64,000 bases of DNA from contig OX597838.1 of NCBI GenBank assembly GCA_951406725.2, forward strand, positions 15,314,001-15,378,000. Direction: 5' to 3'. The notes beneath the pieces are model-generated. The model did not search any database. It was not told the DNA's origin and was given only the letters and a program-made list of their open reading frames with translations. Positions within the stretch are counted from its first letter, which is position 1, and each line of letters opens with the position of its first letter. This document shows positions 24,425-37,515 of the stretch, piece after piece. Made by a program: the position numbers and the translations under genes. The stretch is from Octopus vulgaris. Taxonomy: Eukaryota.

Positions 24425-24790
24425 AAAGGGGGAGACAACTACACAGTTACAGGCACACGTTATATAGAGCAAGTTCATACACACACAATCACATCAAGAC
24501 ACACAGTGATACACGTAATACATGTGTACACACAGACAGAGAGGGGGAGACAACTACAGTCATAAGTACACATCGTTTTATATATATATATATATATAAC
24601 GACGGAAATACATGCACACTGACATAATTAAACACACACACGCACACACACTGATAGAAAGGGGGAGACAACCACAGTCATAAGTACACATGGTTATATA
24701 TAAACGACGGAAATACATGCACACTGACATAATTAAACACACGCACACACTGATAGAAAGGGGGAGACAACCACAGTCAAGGCACAACCT
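24425..24790. repeat. Degenerate ~100-120-bp tandem repeat upstream of striatin
   Basis: AGGGGGAGACAAC(T/C)ACAGTCA recurs near 24425, 24540, 24657 and 24756. Two units share ACGACGGAAATACATGCACACTGACATAATTAAAC. Confidence 0.8.
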
Positions 24791-25024
24791 CTGTAACAAC
24801 GAAAACGCGCACACATGTATTAAGATAGGAACGCACTCATACGCAGACAGGAAGAGAGAAAGGTAGAGAGTATAAGGGAGAAGAGAGAGAGAGGGAAACA
24901 TGCTCGATCGTACAGCTTTATAACGTACGTACACTATTTACAGTAAGAGAACTATAATAACTAAAATAACAACAACAGACGAAATACTCCGTTTAGTCAC
25001 ACACACAAATACACAGCGAGAGAG

Positions 25025-25032
25025 TGACGTCA
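25025..25032. promoter_or_regulatory. Palindromic CRE (CREB/ATF) site in the putative striatin promoter
   Basis: TGACGTCA lies 79 bp upstream of the ATG, in CpG-containing, repeat-free sequence. Confidence 0.5.
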
Positions 25033-25110
25033 TTGCAAAGTAAAGCCGCCGAGTAAGTAGCAGGAAGGAAAGGAAAGGAAAGCCAGTGTAATGGCGGCGG
25101 TCATGGTAAG

Positions 25111-25491
25111 ATGATTGAAGACGGCCCCGGATCACAACACGGAGGAGGCAGTAGTAGTAGTATTGGTGGTGGTGGTGGTGGCCAGGTAGTAGGAGGTGGT
25201 AGTATCAGCAGCAGCAGCAGCAGCAGCAACAACAACAACAACGGCGCTAGTCCAGTCATCTTTTCCGCCGTCAACAACAGCAATAGTGTTGGTAGTAGTA
25301 GTAGTTGTGGTGGTTGTAGTGGTGTTGTTGGTGGACTTGGTGCTGCTGGAATGGTTACCAAACAACAAGCCGATGAATCGAGCCAAAGGCCTCAGTATTC
25401 TATGCCGGGAATTTTACATTTCTTACAAACGGAATGGGCAAGATTCGAGATGGAACGGTCGCAATGGGAGGTGGAGAGAGCAGAACTTCAA
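25111..25491 (+). CDS. STRN3: Striatin-family protein (STRN/STRN3/Cka; STRIPAK scaffold), first coding exon
   Basis: QYSMPGILHFLQTEWARFEMERSQWEVERAELQ is the striatin caveolin-binding/coiled-coil N-terminus. It is followed by a phase-0 GTAAGT donor at 25492, the junction I recall for vertebrate striatins (AELQ|ARIAFLQ). Invertebrates typically have a single orthologue, so the symbol is approximate. Confidence 0.95.
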
Positions 25492-26812
25492 GTAAGTCTT
25501 TGGTCGATTTCAACATTTACCTCTCATTCTGTTGTTGTTCTTGTTATTATTATTAGTATTATTAGTCTTATTAGTATTACCATTAGTATAAGATACCGAC
25601 GATAGACATTATCTTTCATCGTCGTCTCACACTCATCACTCAGCAACACTGTTTCGCCCTCTGCTATATTCTACATCTATCATAAGTACAACCATCCACC
25701 ACACACACCACTACTGCTTCGTTACTTCACACTCACAGCAACTATTACACCCATTCAAACAAGCACCAAATCTCCGCTCTACACCGCACCAACACTGCCA
25801 TTACAGTCACTTAATAAAATACTACAGCACCTTCACTATATACTACATCACAACTTCCACTACCCTCCTCCACTATGCTACATCACAACTTCCACTACCC
25901 TTCCTCTCGGCCACACCGGGAGGCCTTCCACTCGGTTCATCGACCTGCTAGAAATAGAAGCGAAATAACGCCTTAAAAAAAAAAGATAAAAGCGCGCATT
26001 ACGTATAATAAAGTGTAATGGTCATGCATGGAATGGTTTTGATCGCAGCTCTGCTCGATAAAGCTGAACTGGAGTTGAACAACTTGGCCACTAGTCCACA
26101 GCATCGTTCCATTCCACTCCATTCAAACATCACATCATATCATCAACTTCTACTACATCATATCCACCATCACACACAGTTACAGCACCTCTGCATTCAC
26201 TCAGACATCACACACTAGCATTTCATATTACCCCTAAACACTTGGATGGCCATGACTTGATCCGTTACCAATTTTTTAACCCCCACCCTTGGGTGTACAT
26301 TTAACGGTATTCAGAGGGGGTCTTTTTTTTTATAAGCAAGTATCCGGGGGGGGGGGGTCAGGTCTCAATTCAAACGGTCATAGGTGCTGTGCTGCCCTTC
26401 ATTCTGTCCATCTCCATGACTGGACAAGAAAAACCACACAAAACCACACAGTACTTCTTTAACAGAGGGACGGACCATGAATCACCATTCCGTGGTCACG
26501 AGAAATAGAAGCCAAATCTCCTTCACATCATGCCCTACTGTCTTTAAAAAAAAGATAAATGATATGTAAAACATTGGATAATGTAGTTTGATTGAATAAA
26601 GGGACGGGATGGTCAGAGCAGGAACGCTTTGCTGACCGAGGGCCGATTAATAACTCTACTACTTTACACCACCAACTGGATTTTCCTGTCGGCTATTATA
26701 TTATCTTTATATAGTATTAATTATTATTATATATTAAATTGAAGCTTTTACGATAAAGCTTGTTTGAACGAAACACCAGGCTTCACTCCAACCTCTACTC
26801 CAACACCAGTTC

Positions 26813-26864
26813 TCACTCAAAGCTCTGTCATTATTTTTCATTTCTCTTTCCCAAACACACACAT

Positions 26865-26931
<67 letters not shown>

Positions 26932-27111
26932 GTGTGTGTGTGTGTGTGTGTTATGTGTGTGTGTGTGTGTGTGTGTATTATGTGTGTGTGTGTGTTATAT
27001 ATGTGTGTGTGTGTGTGTTATATATATATGTGTGTGTGTGTTATTATATGTGTGTGTGTGTGTTATATATATGTGTGTGTGTGTGTGTTATATATATGTG
27101 TGTGTGTGTGT

Positions 27112-27166
<55 letters not shown>

Positions 27167-27334
27167 GTGTGTGTGTGTGTTATATATATGTGTGTGTGTG
27201 TGTGTGTTATATATATGTGTGTGTGTGTTATATATGTGTGTGTGTGTTATATATATGTGTGTGTGTGTGTGTGTGTTATATATATGTGTGTGTTTAGGAA
27301 AGAGAAATGAAAAATAATGACAGAGCTTTGAGTG

Positions 27335-27335
<1 letters not shown>
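26813..27335. repeat. ~55-bp inverted repeat enclosing a compound (TG)n/TTATATA microsatellite
   Basis: TCACTCAAAGCTCTGTCATTATTTTTCATTTCTCTTTCC and GGAAAGAGAAATGAAAAATAATGACAGAGCTTTGAGTGA. Confidence 0.9.
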
Positions 27336-27375
<40 letters not shown>

Positions 27376-28341
27376 CATACATACATAAACCCATTCGTAC
27401 ATAAACATACGTATACATACCATCTATAACTTCATACAGCACACACGCTCACTATATATTATTATATATATATATATATAGTTAAATATTCATGTATTTA
27501 TACTTACCTTATATACACCCAAATAGACACAAGTAATCTCAATCATTTGATTTGAGATTTGTGAATAGTGGAAGAAATAGTATACAATGTGTGTGTGTTT
27601 GCATTTTGTCTGTGTGTGTGTGTGTATGTATTATAGTCAGTGATTGACATATATATGTATATACACACACATACACTGTCTATGTGTTACTAAGCTTCAA
27701 ATTCTTGACGCTAAACCAAATCGTAAAACGACGTTAAGTTCAACGTATATACTAAATAATAATTGGGAAATAATAGTTATAATTATAATAATAATTACTG
27801 GTTTATATTTTCAGATTCCTCTTCTTAATTTAGGTTCAGTGTTAAAAAACTTAAGGACTATCGTATTTATGATATCTATAATTCATTAGTATCATTATTT
27901 ATCGCAGTTTCGTTTTATTTTCTGACTATTGGCTATTTTTTTTCTCTTCTGGTTTCTTTTTAAATAGCATTTTTTTTTCTCTCCAGAAGTGAGGGTCCAG
28001 TTTTGAGTAGAAAGAGCTACATAAACTGATCCCCCCTACTTACCTACCTTCTACTACATGGCGCGCTGTTGTTAAAACGAAGTCACTGCTTTCTATATAT
28101 TTCTCATTGCCTTTGAATATATGTTTATTAATTTTCTTCCCTGTCTTTTTTTTTTGTTGTTCTCTCTCTACAAAACTAAACAAAACTTTCTCGATCTAAA
28201 AACAACAAACAGAAACCAAAACATTTTAAACTTTATATATGAGTCTGCTTCATACATATTTGTAAAGGAGGGTATGTATACGCATAGATGATATTGGTTA
28301 GTGTTTCATTATATGCTAACATCTCTTCGCAATATTCATAC

Positions 28342-28392
<51 letters not shown>

Positions 28393-29787
28393 GATATGTA
28401 AAAGCTTGTTGTTTTCGTTTGTATACATGGTGTGTATATGTGCAAAGATACACACACATTATAAAGTATTATAGGTATATGTTTATTATATATTCAAACT
28501 TCTGTAAAAATACCTTGTGTATTTACCTGGCTAGTAATAATATTCTGGTGTACACGCACTACTTATGCACCGTATGTGTATAATAGTATGACATAAATAC
28601 TACCGTATATTCTAGGCACTCAAATAATTCTATCCTCACACATCAGTTCATGTGTGAGTGTGTGTGTATATATATATGTATATATATATATATAAAAAGA
28701 CAAACACACACACACACGTGTGTATGTGTGTGCGTGATGCAGTCGCCTGTACTAAATGCATTTTCCTCGAACGGGAACCATTTTAGATGCTGTAAAATAT
28801 TTGTCCGGCGGAATCCTTACGATATAATGGTTTAATGAGCCCCTGATACTTCAAGTCCTCATTGGAGGTGGGTTGGGGAGAGAAATAAGATAAAAATTAA
28901 AAAAACCCTAATACTAGGGGCCTCGTAGTTGTTCTGGCAGGGGGGTTTATAGCGATGTGATTAATACTTAGGGGCCTCGTTAGAAACAAGGTTGTAAGTA
29001 ATGGTGGTGGTGTGAGTCTAATGATGTGAAAATTATACAGGCTTTGATACTACAGGTAATCTATGAAAACAGGGCTTGGTAGTAGTGGATCTCGTAATGA
29101 GAGGATTATACAGGACTTGATACCAGAAGGGTTAGTAGTGGTAGTGGACTAGACTTGGAGATGTGAGATTTTCGTTCTTATGCCACGCCTTTTTTTCTCT
29201 AAATACAATGTTATAAAATGTAACTTAAAGGAGCAAGTGATCTCTATCGAACATGAAATTGAAAGTAATATATATGTATATATATAATATATATATGTTA
29301 CGCTAAAGCACATTCGTATAAGTAATGTAGTCTTCATTAATGAAATTAAGCAATAATTTACTTTTAAAAATCAACTTTTCGTGAATGACTGACGGAATCA
29401 GTTGGACCTTCTGGGTTCAAATCTAGTCGATGTCTTATTTGCTTTATCATCGTCCTGCTGTTGCTGAAATAAAATACTTGGCCCAGTACTGTGTCGGGTA
29501 AGGTGTGGCACTTACTACTCGGTAATCGTTTTTGATAAAGACGTTAAGGCCTGGCATTTTGAGAGAGGAAGAGTCGAGTCGATTACAACAACGCCTCCTG
29601 TAATTGACACATACTTTATTTTTCGACCCATGCAGGATGGATGAAAGGCAATAATGTACCTCGGTAAGATTTGAACTCAGATCTTAAGAGAGTCGGAACG
29701 AAAGTTGCAAAGCATTTTTTTTGTTTTTCGGAAAATAATTTGACACTTCTGATATTTCGTTTATCCTTTGCGTCTTACTATATTACT

Positions 29788-30005
29788 ACACATGTAGTCT
29801 AAGTGATTATTAACTGAGATTACCCATGCAGTTAGCTGACAAAAACTCCCTCCAAAGAGCTTAAAATTTAAAATGGGGAAATCACTAATAATTCGTCTTA
29901 CTATATTAGTGATTTCCCATTTTAAATTTTAAGCTCTTTGGAGGGAGTTTTTGTCAGCCAACTGCATAGGTAATCTCAGTTAATAATCACTTAGACTACA
30001 TGTGT
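29788..30005. repeat. Near-perfect palindrome (~102-bp arms, 13-nt loop)
   Basis: 29788-29890 is the reverse complement of 29904-30005 with very few mismatches. Confidence 0.95.
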
Positions 30006-30415
30006 GAGAGACACCACCACCGTATGTGAGGGTGTTTGCTCTGATGTACTCTGTTACTGCTCCGAGTTTCGTCACGATCGCTACTCGTTAATATCTCGTT
30101 CCACTACAAACTTGTAACATCCATTCATTCATTAGCTTACTTTAAACTCTCTCTCCTCTAAAGTTGTACTCTCTGCTCCAATCAACACCTTTATTTTTTA
30201 ATTTTTTCTCCCCCCTATTTCGTCAATTAGTCTCCACTAATTAGTATTTAATGATGTCCCTGCAAACCGCCTTTCCCTTATCCACCGATTCGTATAATCT
30301 ATCTCGTCAGTTCTGGTAACATTTTGACCGTGGTGGTTGTCGTTGTATTGCAACTATTTTAAGTCAAATTGACCGATTTACTATTACTACTACTACTACT
30401 ACTACTACTGCTGCT

Positions 30416-30745
30416 GCGCGTGGCTTGGTGGTTAGGACATTCGGCTCTTGGTCGTAAGATCGCGGGTTCGTTACCCGGCGTCGCGTTATGTCCTTGACGA
30501 AGACATTTTATTTCATGTTGCTCTCTTGTCCATTCAGCTGGCAAAAATGAGTAGTACCTGTAATTCAAAAGGGGCCAGCCTTGTCATATTCTGTGTCACG
30601 CTGAACCCCCCCCCCCCCCGAAAACTATATTAAAGGTATTTGTGTCCTGTGGAGTGCCCAGTCACTTGTACGTTAATTTCACGAACAGGCTGTTTCGTTG
30701 ATCGGAACAAGTGGAGTTCTCGTCGTCGCAACCGACGGAATGCCA
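30416..30745 (+). mobile_element. SINE with a different tRNA-like head and the family B tail
   Basis: GCGCGTGGCTTGGTGGTTAGG head. The tail GGGCCAGCCTTGTCA...CGTCGTCGCAACCGACGGAATGCC matches the 7590 copy. Confidence 0.75.
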
Positions 30746-31478
30746 ATTGTACTACTAATATTACCACGACTGATGTCCCGTGTCACAGTTTGTTGCTCGA
30801 TATACCCATCCACCCGTTCATGCTCCAACCAATTCTCTCTCTCTCTCCTACTTTTTTTTAGCAGCAGGTTTTGCTATGATCCTTCAGGCCCATGATCAAA
30901 CGCGATCCTGTTGTGACCATCCTGACTTTTAATATAATATCTGTAAAGCTATAATATTCAGAGTGTCCTTCCTTTGTTTAAAGATGGTGGCAGGGCACAC
31001 GATTTGAGGGATATATTGACTGCTATTTCTAACCGCACGTGACCCCTTCTCCCCTTAGAGAGAAATACAATTTTCTTGCTACCTACCCGTTCACTAGTGT
31101 TTCTCATCTCACGTTTGTTGACAATAAATTTTATATCTTATTTAGTTCTAGTTATTTTTGTATCATGATCCTCCTCATTCCGTTAGAGTGCTTCTATATC
31201 TGCGAGGAACAATCGCCTGTCTTTTTAATTCTTTAGTTTCAAGCCTCACTCAAACTCACACTCCACACTCCACACACACACACTGCGAATTCAGCTTTGA
31301 ATTCTGTGTCAAGTATTCGATGTTTTAAGCATATCGAAAGAAGTACAGTATGATGACTGAGTCTGGCGAAGCAGAAACAAACGTTCTGAGTTCAAAAGTT
31401 GACTTGCCTTTCATCGATTTGGAATCGTTAAAAGAAGAATAGGTGAATTTTCATAAGTGCACATCGAAATTTACCGAA

Positions 31479-31547
<69 letters not shown>

Positions 31548-31550
31548 CTA

Positions 31551-31631
<81 letters not shown>

Positions 31632-32846
31632 GTTAAACATCTAATTATGAAAGTGGAAAAATTATGAGAAAAGCCATTTCTATTCATATATAAATGTATA
31701 TATATATATATATATATATGGGGGGTGGGGTGTATACACACACACACACACAGGTCTTTTATTTTATCCTGGGATGATGAAAGAAAAATTTGACTCGAGT
31801 TGGATTTGAACTCAAAACGTATAGAGCCAAGGCGTTTTGCCGGACACTAAGAATTCTGTCAAAAAAAAAAAAACTTTATAATTTAGACACATTTTTGAAG
31901 GGAGGGGTTGGTTGACATCATCGACCTCCTAAATTTTGACTGATTCTTATTTTATCTACCTCGGAGGGATGAAAAGCAAATTTGACGTAGGCGGCGTTTG
32001 AACTCATGAATGTAAATGCCGCAAGGTCTTTTTTTTTTTTTTTTTTTTCCAATGCTCTAACGATTCTGCCAGCTCGCTACCGTAATAATAATATTTTCCT
32101 GAGGCTGTCATAAGACCTGTTGAATGGTATGACGGCGATATATGGTCAATACAAATGAGCTATTTATATAGTGGTGGTGGTGATTTCAGCTCGAGGGCAA
32201 CCCTGATGTTCACACCTATGTGTGGATAATATAAACTTTATTTTGTATATTGGCAACTATAAAGACAGAGGTTGTGATTTTAGTGAAATTTAATTAATTT
32301 CTAGCAGATCGAGCGACTTCGTACTGGAGTCTTCTTCGTTGAAAAAGTTATTGTTTAGCTTTAGGTTAGCCCTGATCACCCTATTCTATGATCAAAAAGC
32401 ATTCCAACCACGACCATCCTATGTTTTTCTTATGTACAGAGAACCCAAGACCGTATGTATTCAATGTGTTCTTTTTTAAGACGGTGTGATTTAAGGGTGG
32501 TTGACTGTTATTTCTAGCGGCCATGGTGGGGCGCATTCGCTTTTTTTTTTTATCTGCGTTATTAAAGGAGAAATAACAGGAAAGTTAACTTTGCTGGAAA
32601 TCGAACTAGAACAAATATGAAACAACAAGAATGATTATAATAGTCCTTTCTGCTATAAGATACAAAGCCTGAATTTTTTGGGGGGGGACGGGAGCTAGCG
32701 AATTAGACCAACTCCAGTGCTCGACTGGTACTTATTTTATTGACCTCGAAGGGTTGAAAGGCAAAGTTGACTTCAGCGGAATTTGAACTCAGAACGTGAA
32801 GACGGACGAAATGCCGCTAAGCATTTTACCCTGTGTGCTTAATGAT

Positions 32847-33175
32847 TCTGCCAATAATGATGTTAATGGTTTCAAATTTTGACACAGGGCCAACAGCTTT
32901 TGAAGGGGGAGGGGGGAGGAAGTCGATTACATCGACCCCAGTACTTTACTGGTACTTTCTGCCAATAATGATGTTAATGGTTTCAAATTTTGACACAGGG
33001 CCAACAGTTTTTGAAGGGGGAGGGGAAGTCGATTACATCGACCCCAGTACTTTACTGGTACTTTCTGCCAATAATGATGTTAATGGTTTCAAATTTTGAC
33101 ACAGGGCCAACAGCTTTTGAAGGGAGGGGGGGGGAAGTCGATTACATCGACCCCCCAGTACTTTACTGGTACTTA
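32847..33175. repeat. Triple tandem duplication (~108 bp) of a family D SINE segment
   Basis: TCTGCCAATAATGATGTTAATGGTTTCAAATTTTGACACAGGGCC...TACTTTACTGGTACTT occurs three times. Confidence 0.9.
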
Positions 33176-33777
33176 TTTTATCGATCTCTAAACGATGAAA
33201 GGCAAAGTTGACTCTGGTGGTGTTTGAACTCAGAACAGTGAATCGGGAAAAAAATATCGTAAAGCATTTTGTTCGACGCGCTTACGATTCTATTCCCGCC
33301 ATCTTTGACTATTTCTTACATGAGTAACACAAAGTGACACATCTGCAGAGAAAGGAGGGAGAGAGAGGAAGGGCGGTGGCGGTGTTTGGAATATATCGAT
33401 CTCCTAGTTCTTGACTAAGTTCTCTATTTAGTGAAACACCGGAAAGATGAAATCAAGGTATTTGAACTTAGAATGCCATATAATACAATATTGTTCGGGT
33501 GGTTAGGGTGGTGGATTAGCAGATTCGTTAGAATGTCGGACAAAATACCTTGCAGTGTTCAGGTGACACCCTTTACGCTTCGAGTTCAAATACCGCTGAG
33601 TTCAGTCTTGCTTTTTATCCTCCTGGGCCCTTTATCCCTCTCCGGACAGTCAATGAAATTAAGCACTGGGCAAGTACTAAAATTAGTTTAATGGACTGAC
33701 CTCTTCAAAATTTCTGACCTTGTGTCTGTTTGTCTGTGTTAAGAATAATATAATGGCAGTGGGGATTAAAATATAAT

Positions 33778-34004
33778 ATTTCTTTACTACCCACAAGGGG
33801 CTAAATACAGAGGGGACAAACAAGGACAGACAAAGGGACTAAGTCAATTACATCGACCCCAGTGCGTAACTGGTACTTAATTTATCGACCCCGAAAGGAT
33901 GAAAGGCAAAGTCGACCTCGGCGGAATTTGAACTCAGAACGTAACGGCAGACGAAATACGACTACGCATTTCGTCCGGCGTGCTAACGTTTCTGCCAGCT
34001 CGCC
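33778..34004 (-). mobile_element. SINE family D (young subtype)
   Basis: Near-identical to 12360-12582. Confidence 0.88.
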
Positions 34005-34768
34005 AACTGTTGCTGGTGTCTTTACTTGATACAAGCATTGCTTATGTGTTTAAGAAGCTCGCGGACTCACTTCCACTTTGGGCAAGTGTCTTCTACGGCT
34101 GCCCCAGACCGACCAATGCCTTGTCAGTGAATTTAGTAGGCGGAAACTGTGGAACTCCGTCGTATTATATGTGTGTCGTGTGTGTTTGTATGTGTACCTT
34201 TGTGTTTGCCAGCGCTTGACAACCGGTGTTGGTTTGTTTACGTTCTTGTGACTTTGCAGTTCGGAAAACGAGAACGATAGATTGAATACCAGACTTGAAA
34301 ATCAGTTCGACTAAACTCTCCAAGGCGGTACTCCAACATGACCGCAATTCAATGAGTTAAACAAATGAAAGAAAAAAAAGCGTATCCCAATATATACAGA
34401 TTGGGAGCTTCTGTCTGGTCGTTCGATTGCTAGAAATAGCAGTCAAATTCCTTACAGTCTTAAACTACATTGACGTAGTCTTAGTTAAATTATTTCTGCG
34501 CTTCTGTTTGTGTTGTTTAGCATTCTTATGATCTTCAGGCTATGTTACTAATTTGCTGACTCAGATTCTACCTCCGAATTCAGATTCAAATAGATTAAAC
34601 ATTAACATACAATAGAAGAATGGTTACAGCTAGAATGTCTTTGATCATATCTACTGGCTGGATCAGAGTTGACCTGGGGCTAAACCAATAACACGAACAG
34701 CAATACTCAGGCAATCACTATTACTGGTTTTATCGATCTGAGAGAGATTCCAAATGGGAATGTAGAGT

Positions 34769-35395
34769 GGATTTAGCCATATTACTGGAAACAGTTGTGT
34801 CATTTCTGTTGTTGTTCAGCCCCCAGGTCAATCAGTCCTGCTAGTACAAATTCACTTATCATCAAAGGTCCGAGATGGGGGCAGAGCGACAGAGCCGTTC
34901 AACATGCACCCCTCGTTGAGTCCGAGTAATACTGACTTGTGGGGTTGTTGATGAGCCGATTTCCCATGTAGACTAGATCTGGCTATCAGTGGAGTCGATT
35001 GTGGGGATCGCACCGCCGCCTTCCTTTGAGCAGAGAAAAGACAGGGATTTAGCAATATTACTGGAAACAGTTGTGTCGTTTCTGTTGTTGTTCAGCCCCA
35101 GGTCAATCAGTCCTGCTAGTACAAATTCACTTATCATCAAAGGTCCGAGATGGGGGCAGAGCGACAGAGCCGTTCAACACGCACCCCTCGTTGAGTCCGA
35201 GTAATACTGACTTGTGGGGTTGTTTGATGAGCCGATTTCCTATGTAGACTAGATCTGGCTATCAGTGTAGTCGATTGTGGGGATCGCACCGCTGCCTTCC
35301 TTTGAGCAGAGAAAAGACGGACAATTTCCTTCTGTTTGATCACGAGGAAAGATGTTGATCGTAAGGTTAGAGGAGTTCTCAAAACCGGTTATGTC
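34769..35395 (+). mobile_element. Tandemly duplicated (~276 bp x2) L1/Tx1-like ORF2 C-terminal fragment
   Basis: Units 34769-35041 and 35045-35318. The translation GPRWGQSDRAVQHAPLV...LSVESIVGIAPPPSF resembles a decayed CxxC..ET..H..C finger region. Confidence 0.6.
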
Positions 35396-35994
35396 ATGCG
35401 ATTTAAATCGTGCCACACACACGGACACAGAGTTTTGTTTTTAGATCGTTGGGACTGGTTTAAATAGCGATTTGGTTATTATATATGCTTTACAAAGACG
35501 AGCAAGTTAATGGAGTATCAATAACAAGCTTGAATGACAGGTATCGATAACAGGCCAGGAAGAATGACAGCAAATGAGGCCCAGTCCCTATTGCATTCGA
35601 TATGTGAAAAGTAATAATCAAAATAAAAAGGAAATCGTTTTTAGTTAGGCCGTAGATAGCAAATCACATTGGCTAATATAGTCTTAGATATAATATATCC
35701 GAAGAAAATAAAAGCCCAACAAAAGAGCAAAACTAATAAATGAGATTGTAACGCTTAGAATGTCTTCGATCGTAGGTCTGCTTTATTAGAGCTGACCCAG
35801 ATTATGCTGCAACTTTCTGTTTCCGACTTTTTATTTTCGCATATACATTAAGTCAAAAGAACAATAACTCTCTATGTGGTTGCTTGTTGCTAAAAATAAC
35901 CACCAAGTTTCCTTCAAATCACAGTTTGTTTCCTCAAATTAGGACATTAGATAATGTAGCCTGAAAAAGGACATGAGATTGCCAAATCACAGAT

Positions 35995-36362
35995 TGAGAG
36001 GCGGTTGGATGGAACCTACACTCGCCTCCTTATGAGAGCTCAAAATCTCTCGTGGAAGCGCCATCCAACCAAAATGCAAATATATGGGAAACTACCACCT
36101 GTGTCATCTCTTGTGAAAGGTAGGAGAGTCCAGTTTGCTGGACATTGTTGTAGAGCTGAAAAAGAGGCAATTTCTACTCTTCTCCTCTGGAAGCCATCTA
36201 CTCGCAATACCAGAGGGCGCACACTCTCCTACCCTGATGTAATCTCCAGGGATACAGGCATCCAGCAACAGGACCTCCGTAATGCCATGATGGACCGTGA
36301 AGTCTGGCGTAGCATGGTAAATTCCATTGTCTCGACCACGGTCGAACAATGATGATGATGTG
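35995..36362 (+). mobile_element. RTE-clade LINE 3' end with uninterrupted ORF and (TGA)n tail
   Basis: LDGTYTRLLMRAQNLSWKRHPTKMQIYGKLPPVS...RRVQFAGHC...AMMDREVWR. Confidence 0.9.
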
Positions 36363-37002
36363 ACCACAGGTATACTTGATTAGAAAGAATACATCTAACA
36401 AACTTTTCTCCTTTTTATAATATATTTTGGTAATTTGAATAATCGCTAGAATTGTTTAGCTAATAATGCTAGCTGGAAATTCCCCTGAATAGCTTAAATC
36501 GATCTTTGTTGATTCCCAAACTCTCTTTCAAACTTCGTCGCTCTTGCCTTTCACCAACCCTCAAAAAATTGCAAAGGTCGACGAATTACCGGCAACACTG
36601 CTCGGTTTGTTAAGGGAACTGTGAGCGCCTGACAAGATTCTCGATTCTAGGCGCCCACCCTTCTTGGTCATCACATGATCCTCAGCTGCAGATCTGCCAA
36701 AGAGATGAGCTGCGGGAAAACGTACCTCACAAACGGCGTCCACGACTTATTAATGTCCAGAAGTTTCTGCAGACGCTGCAACTTGAACGCATGCTTGTGT
36801 ATCATTAGTCACAAAGTGAACCCTGCAGCAAGTGAGATCTTCTGTTGGCAGCAAATGGGATCTTCTCACTAGTGGAACGTATCTCTTTCACAAGAATCTA
36901 AAGTGTAGACATTCTAGTCTAGTCAGATAAAAACTGGAACAAGGTACGAGGATCAGGCAGTAATAAATAATGGAAGCGAGGCGATGTATCTGTTCACTAC
37001 TT

Positions 37003-37236
37003 CTTATTTCTTTATTGCCCACAAGGGGCTAAACATAGAGGGGACAAACAAGGACAGACAAAGGGATTAAGTCGATTGCATCGACCCCAGTGCGTAACTG
37101 GTACTTAATTTATCGACCCCGAAAGGATGAAAGGCAAAGTCGACCTCGGCGGAATTTGAACTCAGAACGTAACGGCAAACGAAATACGGCTACGCATTTC
37201 GCTCGGCGTGCCAACGATTCTGCCAGCTCGCCGCCT
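37003..37236 (-). mobile_element. SINE family D (young subtype)
   Basis: Full head AGGCGGCGAGCTGGCAGAATCG on the minus strand. Confidence 0.88.
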
Positions 37237-37515
37237 TTTCATTACTTTTATCCACTTGTATCCGATTTTTCGGATACACAGTTCTCTCAGCTCACTTCCG
37301 GATGAGACTGGATAACCCTACTCGTAACTTGATCCCAGTTTCTCTTCACATAGCGTTTTTGGCCTGAATCAGTCCCCAAGCATCTCAGCAGGAACTCTTT
37401 GGCGACACTCGATGCCAGTCGGCATGGATTTACTTTGCCAGGTGTCGAGGTGCAATCCCACAGACTTTTTCTTGGTTGTTACGTGCTCCTGTTACTGTTA
37501 CGTATTATTTCCATC

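Noticed and set aside
25492-25605. Continuation of the 164-aa ORF (VSLWSISTF...)
   Set aside because: Homology stops at AELQ, exactly at a GTAAGT donor, so this is intronic read-through.
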